Source of the DNA: Acidobacteriota bacterium
Lineage (GTDB): Bacteria; Acidobacteriota; UBA890; WLXD01
NCBI GenBank assembly: GCA_965248695.1
Contig: CBDFKD010000002.1
Coordinates: forward strand, 32,001-96,000
Reading direction: 5' to 3'
Length of the DNA: 64,000 bases
Positions 40,728-48,977 of the stretch are shown one piece after another. The position numbers and the translations under genes were made by a program. Every line of letters starts with the position of its first letter. Position 1 is the stretch's first letter. Under the pieces are notes generated by a model. The model made no database searches and was not told where the DNA came from. It saw only the letters and a list, made by a program, of their open reading frames with translations.

Positions 40728-41546
40728 ATGAGCATCACTTGGTCTGAGATTCTCGACCGCGGTCGTCGACATCTGGCCTCGGGCTGTCGAGCGACGGCGT
40801 TAGGCGCGCTGCTGGTGCTCGTTCCCGCCGTGGCGCTGGCGGCCCCTGACGATGAGCCCGAGCCCACCGGCACGACACAAGGACCGGACTTCCGATTCAG
40901 TGCTCCGCGCAACACGCTGGGGATCCGTGTTGGTTACGCCTTCAACCGCGCCCAGGGCGAGATCTTCGATTTCTTGACCGACGAGCTGACGCTCGAGCCG
41001 TCCGACTTCAAGGGCGGGATCGTGGCGCTCGATTTCGGGTTTCGGATCTCCGACCGGGTCGACCTGGTGGCCGGTTTGGAATACAGCCGCACGAGCAAGG
41101 TCTCGGAATACCGCGACTTCGTCGACCAAGACGACATTCCGATCGTTCAGGAGACCGAGCTGACGCAGCTACCGCTGACGCTGAGCTTGAAATGGTACCT
41201 GGGATCGCGCGGCCAGCGTGTCGGTCAGTACGCCTGGGTGCCGCGGCCGGTCGTCCCCTACATCGGCGCGGGCGGCGGCTTCACGTGGTATGAGTTGAAG
41301 CAGGCTGGTGAGTTCGTCGATTTCCGCGACTTTGCCATCTTCCAGGACACGTTCACCTCAGACGGCTTTACCGCCGCCGCCCATGTGTTCGCTGGGCTGG
41401 ACATCAAGCTCACACCGTCCATCGGACTGATCATCGACGCGCGCTACCATTGGGCAAACGCTGATCTGAAAGACAGTTTCGTCGGCTTTGCGCCGATCGA
41501 TTTGAACGGATTGCACGCCACCGCGGGTGTGGCGTTCAAGTTCTAA
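40728..41546 (+). CDS. Outer-membrane beta-barrel protein
   Basis: Signal peptide, alternating beta strands, VPYIGAGGG, C-terminal GVAFKF. Confidence 0.8.
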   Translation: MSITWSEILDRGRRHLASGCRATALGALLVLVPAVALAAPDDEPEPTGTTQGPDFRFSAPRNTLGIRVGYAFNRAQGEIFDFLTDELTLEPSDFKGGIVALDFGFRISDRVDLVAGLEYSRTSKVSEYRDFVDQDDIPIVQETELTQLPLTLSLKWYLGSRGQRVGQYAWVPRPVVPYIGAGGGFTWYELKQAGEFVDFRDFAIFQDTFTSDGFTAAAHVFAGLDIKLTPSIGLIIDARYHWANADLKDSFVGFAPIDLNGLHATAGVAFKF

Positions 41547-41556
41547 CGGAGGGGTC

Positions 41557-42792
41557 ATGCGGCAGAACGGACGATTGCAGGTTTCGCACCGAGCGCTGTT
41601 TTGCGGGGTCGGTGCCATCGTTATGGTGCTCGCACCGGCGGCTGCCATGGCGCAGCCCGGAGTGGGCGCTTCCAACGACGCCTGGGGCGCCTGGAGTGGT
41701 TGCTGGGAGTTGATCAACGGTCTGGACGATCGTGGCCTGGGGACTGCCGACGGCCAGCGGCTGGTGTGCCTGGAACCGGGTCCTGAGCCTCAGAGCGCCA
41801 TCGTCACGACGCTGATCGATGGCGAGCTCGCCGACACGCGCACGGTCTACGGCGACGGTGGCACGCGCCCGGTCGACGATGGCGCCTGCGCCGGCACCGA
41901 GCAGACGATGTTCTCGGCCGACCGGGAACGGCTGTTCAACCTCGCGAGCCTGCAATGTGAGGACGGTCTCGCACGCAAGGCCTCGGGGATCTCCCTGCTG
42001 CCGACCGCGAACCGCTGGGTCGACGTGCAGGTGATCGACACCGACGGCGAGCGCGAGGTGCTCATCCGCCGATATCGCCGCGTGGCAGACGAGACCGGTA
42101 CCGCCATTACGCGCTTCGGACTCGATTCCTACGCAACGTCCACCACCGGCAGTCAGTCGACCGCGAGCTCGACCTTCGATGTCGAGGACGTGATTGAGGC
42201 CGTCGGCATCATCGACGCCGCCGGGGTGGAAGCAGCGTTGCTCGAAGCCAACGCCGGCTTCGAGGTCGACTCGGCGCTACTGATGCGCCTCGCGGAAGCC
42301 GAGGTTCCGACGCCGGTGATCGATGTCATGGTGGCGCTGTCGTTCCCCGACTACTTCCTCGTAGACGGCGAGGAGAACACCGAGGAAGGACGTCGACGTC
42401 GCTCCGGCTACTATCCGGTGTACGGCTACGGCTACTGGAGCCCGGCTTTCGCGCCGTTCGGCTTCGGTTCGTACTACGGCTATGGGTACGGGTATGGCTA
42501 TAGCGGTTACGGCTCCGGCTACGGCTACGGCTTCTATCCGGGCGGCACGAGGCCCGGAAGCGCGGGCCGATTCGGCGGACGCGTCGTCGCCGGCCAGGGG
42601 TACGCCCGAGTCGGCCTGAGCCAGAACGCTCCAGGCGGGTTTCGCAACGTGTTCGGTCGTCGCGGCGGACGCTCGGGCGGCTCGATGGGGTCAGGCGGTC
42701 GGTCGAGCGGCGGCTCGGGCTCGGTGAGCCCGGGGGGCCGCAGCAGTGGATCGGGAGGCACCCGTACGGCCAAGCCACGCGGGCAACAATAG
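41557..42792 (+). CDS. Secreted hypothetical protein with Gly/Tyr-rich and Gly/Ser/Arg-rich tail
   Basis: GGAGG RBS, signal peptide, four Cys in the mature N-terminal domain, YGYGYGYG repeats. Confidence 0.75.
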   Translation: MRQNGRLQVSHRALFCGVGAIVMVLAPAAAMAQPGVGASNDAWGAWSGCWELINGLDDRGLGTADGQRLVCLEPGPEPQSAIVTTLIDGELADTRTVYGDGGTRPVDDGACAGTEQTMFSADRERLFNLASLQCEDGLARKASGISLLPTANRWVDVQVIDTDGEREVLIRRYRRVADETGTAITRFGLDSYATSTTGSQSTASSTFDVEDVIEAVGIIDAAGVEAALLEANAGFEVDSALLMRLAEAEVPTPVIDVMVALSFPDYFLVDGEENTEEGRRRRSGYYPVYGYGYWSPAFAPFGFGSYYGYGYGYGYSGYGSGYGYGFYPGGTRPGSAGRFGGRVVAGQGYARVGLSQNAPGGFRNVFGRRGGRSGGSMGSGGRSSGGSGSVSPGGRSSGSGGTRTAKPRGQQ

Positions 42793-42811
42793 CTGGCGGC
42801 ATCGTGGCGGC

Positions 42812-42847
42812 GCAGATAGCAGATAGCAGATAGCAGATAGCAGATAG
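42812..42847. repeat. Heptamer tandem repeat (GCAGATA)x5
   Basis: Five exact copies between convergent genes. Confidence 0.95.
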
Positions 42848-42858
42848 AGTCTGCGCCA

Positions 42859-44043
42859 TTAGCTCTCGAGGCGAAGGCGCGGCCCCTCTTCGGTCGGTTC
42901 CACACTGACTCGGGCCGCGCCGCGCAGCAACGCCAGCAACTGCTCGCCCACGTGCTCGCGACGCCAACCCTCCAGTACCGGAATCCCTCCGGGTTCGGAA
43001 TCGGCGGACGCCTCCTGGCGAACCAGGCGCTCCAGGTCGGCTCGTTTCGCCAGCAGTCGAGGCGCGAGATCGAGCTCGGCCGCGCGCGTACGGACCACGG
43101 CATCGAGAAGCGAGGCCAGTACATCGACCGTTTGCTCGTCGCCGCGCCCCCGCGGCTTACGCGCCTCCGGCCAGGTGGTCGGGTCGGAATCGAGCACGTC
43201 GCAAACGAACGCAACGATCGTGGCCGCCGATCGCTGCGCCTCGCGGGGATGTAGCCCACGCAGGCGTTCCACCTGCGCTGCCTGCTTCGGTGCTCTGCGG
43301 GCGATCTCGACCAGCACGCGGTCCGCCGCCACTCGTTGGCGCGGAATGTCCCGGCGCACCGCTTCGCGCTCCCGCCACGCAGCGGCGCGACCGAGGATCG
43401 CCAGCCCACGGCCATTCAGCGATCGTGCGCCGGCGACACGCTTCCACATCTGATCTGGATCAGGGCTAGCGTGGACGCCGCGAGCCAGCCGCTCCAGCTC
43501 TTCCTCGACCCAGGAGTAGCGGTCGCGCTCGATCAGCTGAGCTCGCAAGGTATCGGCAATTGCGAGCAGGTAGCGGACGTCGTCGAGCGCGTATTGCAGC
43601 TGGTCGTCAGACAGCGGCCGCCGCGCCCAGTCGGTGTATGCCTCCGAGCGCTTGAGCGTGACCCGAGCGACGCGCTCCACGAGCTTGGCGTGGCTGATGC
43701 TGTCGCCGTAGCCCAGGTAGGCGGCAGCCACCTGCGTGTCAAAGTGCCGCTCCGGTAGCTGACCGGCCAGCCGTTGGACGATCTCCAGGTCCTGGCCGGC
43801 CGCGTGCAGGACGATCTCCGCGCCGCCGACCAGCACTTGCCATAGCGGCTCGAGGTCGTCGACGGCAAGTGGATCGACGGCGGCGAGCAGGCCGGGCGCG
43901 GCGAGCTGGACCAGACACAGGCGTGGATAGTAGGTGCGCTCGCGGATGAACTCGGTATCGATCGCCAGCGGACTGACGCCTCGAAGCCGATCCACGAGCG
44001 GCGCCAAGGAGGCTTGGTCGCGAATGTAGAGCGTCTCGGTCAT
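42859..44043 (-). CDS. rnd: Ribonuclease D
   Basis: AIDTEFIRERTYYPRLCLVQ, DTQVAA, DWARRPL, YALDDV, HRDC region, GWRR. Confidence 0.93.
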   Translation of the reverse strand: MTETLYIRDQASLAPLVDRLRGVSPLAIDTEFIRERTYYPRLCLVQLAAPGLLAAVDPLAVDDLEPLWQVLVGGAEIVLHAAGQDLEIVQRLAGQLPERHFDTQVAAAYLGYGDSISHAKLVERVARVTLKRSEAYTDWARRPLSDDQLQYALDDVRYLLAIADTLRAQLIERDRYSWVEEELERLARGVHASPDPDQMWKRVAGARSLNGRGLAILGRAAAWREREAVRRDIPRQRVAADRVLVEIARRAPKQAAQVERLRGLHPREAQRSAATIVAFVCDVLDSDPTTWPEARKPRGRGDEQTVDVLASLLDAVVRTRAAELDLAPRLLAKRADLERLVRQEASADSEPGGIPVLEGWRREHVGEQLLALLRGAARVSVEPTEEGPRLRLES

Positions 44044-44126
44044 GGCATCATGGCGCGCGCTGGCGGCAGACGGAAGATTGTAGTCGAACGGATTGCTGCA
44101 TGACTTGCGAAGGACGGAACCACCCC

Positions 44127-45524
44127 ATGACCTCGGAGCCACCGCTATCGGCGGAGCGCGGGCATGCAACGCCCGACGACGACACGGTCGTCGGCATCGC
44201 CCGCGGTGTCGCCGCCGGACGCGTCGCGCCAAGCGCTATTGTCGATCGTTGCTTGCGACGGATCGAGCGGCTCGACCCCTACCTGAACGCCTTCATCACC
44301 ATCACCGAAGATCGTGCCCGTGCCGACGCCGCCCGGATCGAATCGTGCAGCGAGGACGCACTACCGGCGCTGGCCGGTGTGCCAATCGCTCACAAGGACA
44401 TCCTGATGACCGCCGGGATTGCCACCACAGCGGGATCACAGCGGCTGGAGGGATGGATCCCCGACGCCGACGCGGTGGTCGTCCGGCGCCTCGCCGATGC
44501 CGGTTGCCTGATGCTCGGCAAGGTCAACACCCACGAGTACGCCACCGGCGTTACGGGCACGATCTCGGCTGCGGGTCCGACGGTCAATCCGTGGAATCCG
44601 GAACGGATTGCGGGCGGTAGCAGCTGTGGGTCGGCCGCCGCCGTCGCCGCCGGCATGGTGGCGGCGGCCACTGGCACTGACACCGGAGGGTCAATCCGCA
44701 TACCGGCAGCCTGCTGCGGCCTCGCCGGGATCAAGCCGACCTACGACAGGATCAGCCGCCGTGGAGTGCTGCCCTTCGCCTGGACCCTGGATCATGTCGG
44801 GGCGATGGCACGCCGCAGCGAGGATCTGGAGATGTTGCTCGACGCCATGCTCGACTCGTCGGCCTCGTCGGCTCCAGGGCGACCGCTGTCCGACAGCCGG
44901 TTCGCGATCCTCGACGAGCTCTGCGACCAGGCGCAACCAGCCGTCGCCGCCGCGGTGCGGGAGGTTGCCGTCACGCTCGAGGGCGCGGGTGCTCGGCGGA
45001 TCGGGGTACGGCTACCCGATTCATGGCGCCTGGTGCCGGCAACGGCGACGGCGATCTTCCTGACCGAGGGGGGCGCCGTGCACGGCGACGCACTGCGCCA
45101 GCATCCGGAGCAGTATCAGGAGCCCACCCGCAGCTTTCTGAGCCAGGCTGCTGCGCAGCTGCCAGCCCGATACACGCAGGCCCTTGACGTGCGGAAATCG
45201 CTGAGTCAACAACTCGACCGGCTGCTGCAGGAGGTCGACCTGCTCATCTGCCCAACCCTGCCGATCGTTGCGCCGCCGCTCGACGCCGGCATGATCGAGC
45301 TGCCCGACGGTACGGTCGACACGCGCGCTGCGCTGACGCTGTTCACGCGCGCGTTCAATCTTACCGGGTTGCCGGCCCTGTCGCTGCCCTGCGGCTTCGA
45401 AAACGGTCTCCCCATCGGAGTGCAGCTTGTCGGCCGCCGCGGTGACGATGGCGACTTGATTCGTGCCGGAATGGAGTTCGAGCGCCTGACCGACTGGGTC
45501 CGGTTTCCGCGAATCACCAGCTGA
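44127..45524 (+). CDS. Amidase signature family protein
   Basis: GVPIAHKD, GGSSCGSA, GTDTGGSIRIPA. Confidence 0.92.
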   Translation: MTSEPPLSAERGHATPDDDTVVGIARGVAAGRVAPSAIVDRCLRRIERLDPYLNAFITITEDRARADAARIESCSEDALPALAGVPIAHKDILMTAGIATTAGSQRLEGWIPDADAVVVRRLADAGCLMLGKVNTHEYATGVTGTISAAGPTVNPWNPERIAGGSSCGSAAAVAAGMVAAATGTDTGGSIRIPAACCGLAGIKPTYDRISRRGVLPFAWTLDHVGAMARRSEDLEMLLDAMLDSSASSAPGRPLSDSRFAILDELCDQAQPAVAAAVREVAVTLEGAGARRIGVRLPDSWRLVPATATAIFLTEGGAVHGDALRQHPEQYQEPTRSFLSQAAAQLPARYTQALDVRKSLSQQLDRLLQEVDLLICPTLPIVAPPLDAGMIELPDGTVDTRAALTLFTRAFNLTGLPALSLPCGFENGLPIGVQLVGRRGDDGDLIRAGMEFERLTDWVRFPRITS

Positions 45525-45645
45525 GCGGTGCCCGTGTAGAATCCGATGCGGCCGAGCGCCGAAAACCCTTCCGTCGCCGCGATGGACCGGCTCAGCGAGA
45601 ATACTGAGCTTTCGAACCTGCTGGCGCGGCACGCACCAATAAGCA

Positions 45646-46815
45646 ATGACGACTCCGTCGACGACCGCGTCCAGAATTCCCGCTCGCAGCAAGCTCGAAC
45701 GGCTCCTCGGAGCCTACGATCGAGACGTCGACGGGCCTACCGTGGTGATCGCAGCCGTGATCCACGGCAACGAGCCTGCCGGTGTCGTAGCGTTTCGCAA
45801 CCTGCTGGCGCGTCTGAACGCCGACCGTGTCGACCTGCGCGGTCGAGTTGTCGGATTGGCCGGCAATCTTGCCGCCTACGAGCTCGAGCAGCGTTTCGTC
45901 GAGGAAGACTTCAATCGAATCTGGTCGGCGGATCGCGTCGCCCAGATCCGGGCGCCGGGGTTCACCCCCAGAACAGTTGAGGCGGCCCAGCAAGTGGAGC
46001 TGCTCGCCGTTCTCGAGGGCGAGCTGGCGCGCGCCCGCGGTCCGGTCTTTTTCCTCGACCTGCATACGAGCTCGGCCGCGGGCGAGCCGTTCGTCTGTAT
46101 CGGCGACACGATTCGCAACCGGCGCTATGCGCAAGGCTTCCCGGTACCGGCAATCCTCGGCCTCGAGGAACAGATCGACGGGGCGCTGCTGGAGTACGTG
46201 AACAACCTGGGTCACGTCACCGTCGGCGTCGAGGCGGGCCAGCACGATCGGCCCCAGTCGGTCGCCCACCACGAGGCGTTTCTGACCCTGGCGCTGGTCA
46301 ACGCCGGCTGCTTGGAACGCTCGCAGGCTCCCGACGCCGACCGACATTTCGCGCTGCTCCGCGACGCATCCGGCGACCTTCCGCCGGTGCTGGAAGTGCG
46401 CCATCGGCATCCGATCGTGGCCAGCGACGGGTTCCGAATGAGCCCCGGCTATAACAACTTCGCCAGCGTCAGAGCAAGCGAGCTAGTAGCGAGCGACTCC
46501 AATGGCGAGATCCGCGCCTCGGAGACCGCCCGGATGCTGCTGCCGCTCTACCAGGGTCTCGGCAACGACGGCTTTTTCCTGGTGCGCGAGGTCCATCCGT
46601 TCTGGCTGCGGCTGTCGGCCTGGATGCGGGCCATCCGGCTCGACAGGCTGGCTCATCTGCTGCCAGGCGTGCGCCGGGCGCCGGAAGACGCGGCGACACT
46701 GATTGTCGATCGCCGGGTCGCACGGTGGCTCACGGTCGAGGTGTTCCACTTGCTCGGGTTCCGCAAGGAACGCGCCGACGGCGCCCTGCTGCGCTTTTCG
46801 AGGCGGCGCGAGTAG
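45646..46815 (+). CDS. Succinylglutamate desuccinylase/aspartoacylase family (M14-like) protein
   Basis: HGNE, DFNRIW, LDLHT, EAGQH. Confidence 0.85.
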   Translation: MTTPSTTASRIPARSKLERLLGAYDRDVDGPTVVIAAVIHGNEPAGVVAFRNLLARLNADRVDLRGRVVGLAGNLAAYELEQRFVEEDFNRIWSADRVAQIRAPGFTPRTVEAAQQVELLAVLEGELARARGPVFFLDLHTSSAAGEPFVCIGDTIRNRRYAQGFPVPAILGLEEQIDGALLEYVNNLGHVTVGVEAGQHDRPQSVAHHEAFLTLALVNAGCLERSQAPDADRHFALLRDASGDLPPVLEVRHRHPIVASDGFRMSPGYNNFASVRASELVASDSNGEIRASETARMLLPLYQGLGNDGFFLVREVHPFWLRLSAWMRAIRLDRLAHLLPGVRRAPEDAATLIVDRRVARWLTVEVFHLLGFRKERADGALLRFSRRRE

Positions 46816-46863
46816 TCACGCATATCGACCCCGGCTGGCAGGAAACGCCCCGCGCTCGCGGCC

Positions 46864-47667
46864 TCATGGACTCACGTCCGCTGGTGGACGAAAGAGCCGC
46901 TGGTTTCGAAGGCCGGCACGGAACAACACGTAGCGCCACAACGTCGCCATCGTGCCCAACGCGTATACCGTGCTGCGGCGCAACGAGATGCTGCTCGACT
47001 CGGGCCCGTAGTGGGTCGGTACCGGCACGGCGCCGACCCGCAGATCGTGAGCCCGTGCCTGCACCAGCAGCTGCTGATCGAACACGAAATCGTCGGAGCA
47101 GGCCTCGAAGTCGACGCGTTCCAGAGCCCGCCGATGATAGGCGCGGTAGCCCGTGTGGTACTCGGGCAGATTGAATCCCAGGATGACGTTCTCGATGATG
47201 GTCAGCAATCGGTTGGCGAAGTACTTCATCGGCGGCATGCCGCCGCGTAGCACATCCACACGTCGCAGGATGCGCGACCCGAGCACCACGTCCACAACGC
47301 CGGCCTCGATGAATCCCACCAAGTGTGGCACCAGCGCCGGATCATACTGATTGTCCGGGTGCAGCATCACGATCACATCGGCATCAGTTTCCAGCGCCGC
47401 TCGATAGCAGGTCTTCTGATTGCCGCCGTAGCCACGGTTCACCTCGTGGCGAATGACCCGCATCGGATAGCCGCTCTGGCTCAGTGAGGTAGCCACTTCG
47501 AAGGTCCCGTCGGTACTGCAGTCGTCGACGAGAATCAGGTGCTGGCAGCATCCCGGCGGCAGCCGATCAAGCGTCTCGCGCAGCGTGTCCGCTGCGTTGT
47601 AGGCCGGCAACACGACGCAAACCGTGTGCGGTCGAACGTCGGCGAACGGCGCCGCTGTGGCATCCAC
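46864..47667 (-). CDS. Glycosyltransferase family 2
   Basis: VLPAYN, VDDCSTD, NRGYGGNQK, HPDNQY, GYRAY. Confidence 0.92.
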   Translation of the reverse strand: MDATAAPFADVRPHTVCVVLPAYNAADTLRETLDRLPPGCCQHLILVDDCSTDGTFEVATSLSQSGYPMRVIRHEVNRGYGGNQKTCYRAALETDADVIVMLHPDNQYDPALVPHLVGFIEAGVVDVVLGSRILRRVDVLRGGMPPMKYFANRLLTIIENVILGFNLPEYHTGYRAYHRRALERVDFEACSDDFVFDQQLLVQARAHDLRVGAVPVPTHYGPESSSISLRRSTVYALGTMATLWRYVLFRAGLRNQRLFRPPADVSP

Positions 47668-47670
47668 AGA

Positions 47671-48741
47671 TCAGTGACGGTGCCCGCCAGGCGTCCGCAG
47701 GTCGGTAGGCGGCGTTGCGCCGGGGGCCGGCGGATAGGTCATGTTCTGACCGCCCAGCGGGTGGTGATACAGGTACATCACCGCCATCGCATCGACGGGC
47801 GCGTCCGTGCTGTTGTCGTACACCGATTCGATCTCGTAGGTGTGGTCCGGGTGCATGACGAACCCGGTGTCGCTGGAGTACACCGGGATGCGGGTGATCT
47901 GGGAGTGATCTAGGTCGGCATCGTACTCGACGCGCGTCTCCCACAGCACACGCCCGTCGGTCACGTCCGTGAGCTTGAGCGAGCTACCGTAGTTGTGCAT
48001 GTGCACGACGCCATAGTGAACGCGCGTCGACCCCGGTACCAGCCCGGTGTGCTGCTGCCGGATCACCTGCTTGCCGGGCGGCACGATCCAGTGGCCGGTC
48101 TTGCCGTGAGCGTTCGTCGGCAGCTGGCTCGGTTGTAGCTGATCGCCCGCCAACACCGTTACGCCGCGATGCGGAAGCACGGTGACGCTAGCCCGGTAGA
48201 GCTTGTCGATGTTGTCGGCGCCGCTCGGATCGCTGGCTGAGACGTAGTCGATCAGGAACCGGATGTTGACGTCGGCGCTGAGATCCGCGTCGTGGTTATT
48301 GAGCACCATGCCCAACAGCGAGACACCTCGCCAGGGCTCATCCAAGTCTCCGATGATCTGCTGCAACGGGATACCGAACCCGCTTGGCAGCTGCAGCGCC
48401 GGGATCCCCGACGCCGCCACCATCAGTCGAGCACCGGTAGCCAGCTGGATCTGCGAATGGCAGAAGAACTCGTCGCCGAGAGGATCCCCGGTGGCGGCAT
48501 CGACCACCTCTGTACGAAACCCGGTGATCCAGCCAATGTCGCTCGTGTCGAGCATCGCTCGCTCGAACACGCCCTCCATCGAGTGATAGATGCCATCGAT
48601 CTGCAACGGGCCGAGCTCGACGACTCGGGTCCTGACCGTCGGTGGAGCACCGGGACCCGCGGCACCGGCGGGCTGAACGGTGAGCACCAGCAGCGAAAGG
48701 CCAAGCAAGGCAACGGGCACGCGGGAACTCACGTTCGACAT
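47671..48741 (-). CDS. Secreted hypothetical protein, possible copper monooxygenase (PHM-like) C-terminal domain
   Basis: Signal peptide; HYGVVHMH and YDN...MAVMYLY resemble the His-x-His...Met CuM site. Confidence 0.55.
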   Translation of the reverse strand: MSNVSSRVPVALLGLSLLVLTVQPAGAAGPGAPPTVRTRVVELGPLQIDGIYHSMEGVFERAMLDTSDIGWITGFRTEVVDAATGDPLGDEFFCHSQIQLATGARLMVAASGIPALQLPSGFGIPLQQIIGDLDEPWRGVSLLGMVLNNHDADLSADVNIRFLIDYVSASDPSGADNIDKLYRASVTVLPHRGVTVLAGDQLQPSQLPTNAHGKTGHWIVPPGKQVIRQQHTGLVPGSTRVHYGVVHMHNYGSSLKLTDVTDGRVLWETRVEYDADLDHSQITRIPVYSSDTGFVMHPDHTYEIESVYDNSTDAPVDAMAVMYLYHHPLGGQNMTYPPAPGATPPTDLRTPGGHRH

Positions 48742-48977
48742 TGAACGAGCCTCCTGAAAGGCTTTCGTTGGGCGATCGGAATTCATGAAGTTTAATAAGC
48801 ATCCCCAGGGATTTTCAAGTTGCTGAGCTAATAAATTCTATAGTTTTCAGTCTAATCATAGTCAACGATGGCTATTTCTGACTCTTCATATCCGAGGACG
48901 CACAGCGCACCGCACGGAATCCAGGCGTAAGCAACCGCTCGGGGCGGCCTCACTGTCCAGGGTTGCCGATCCGCGGG

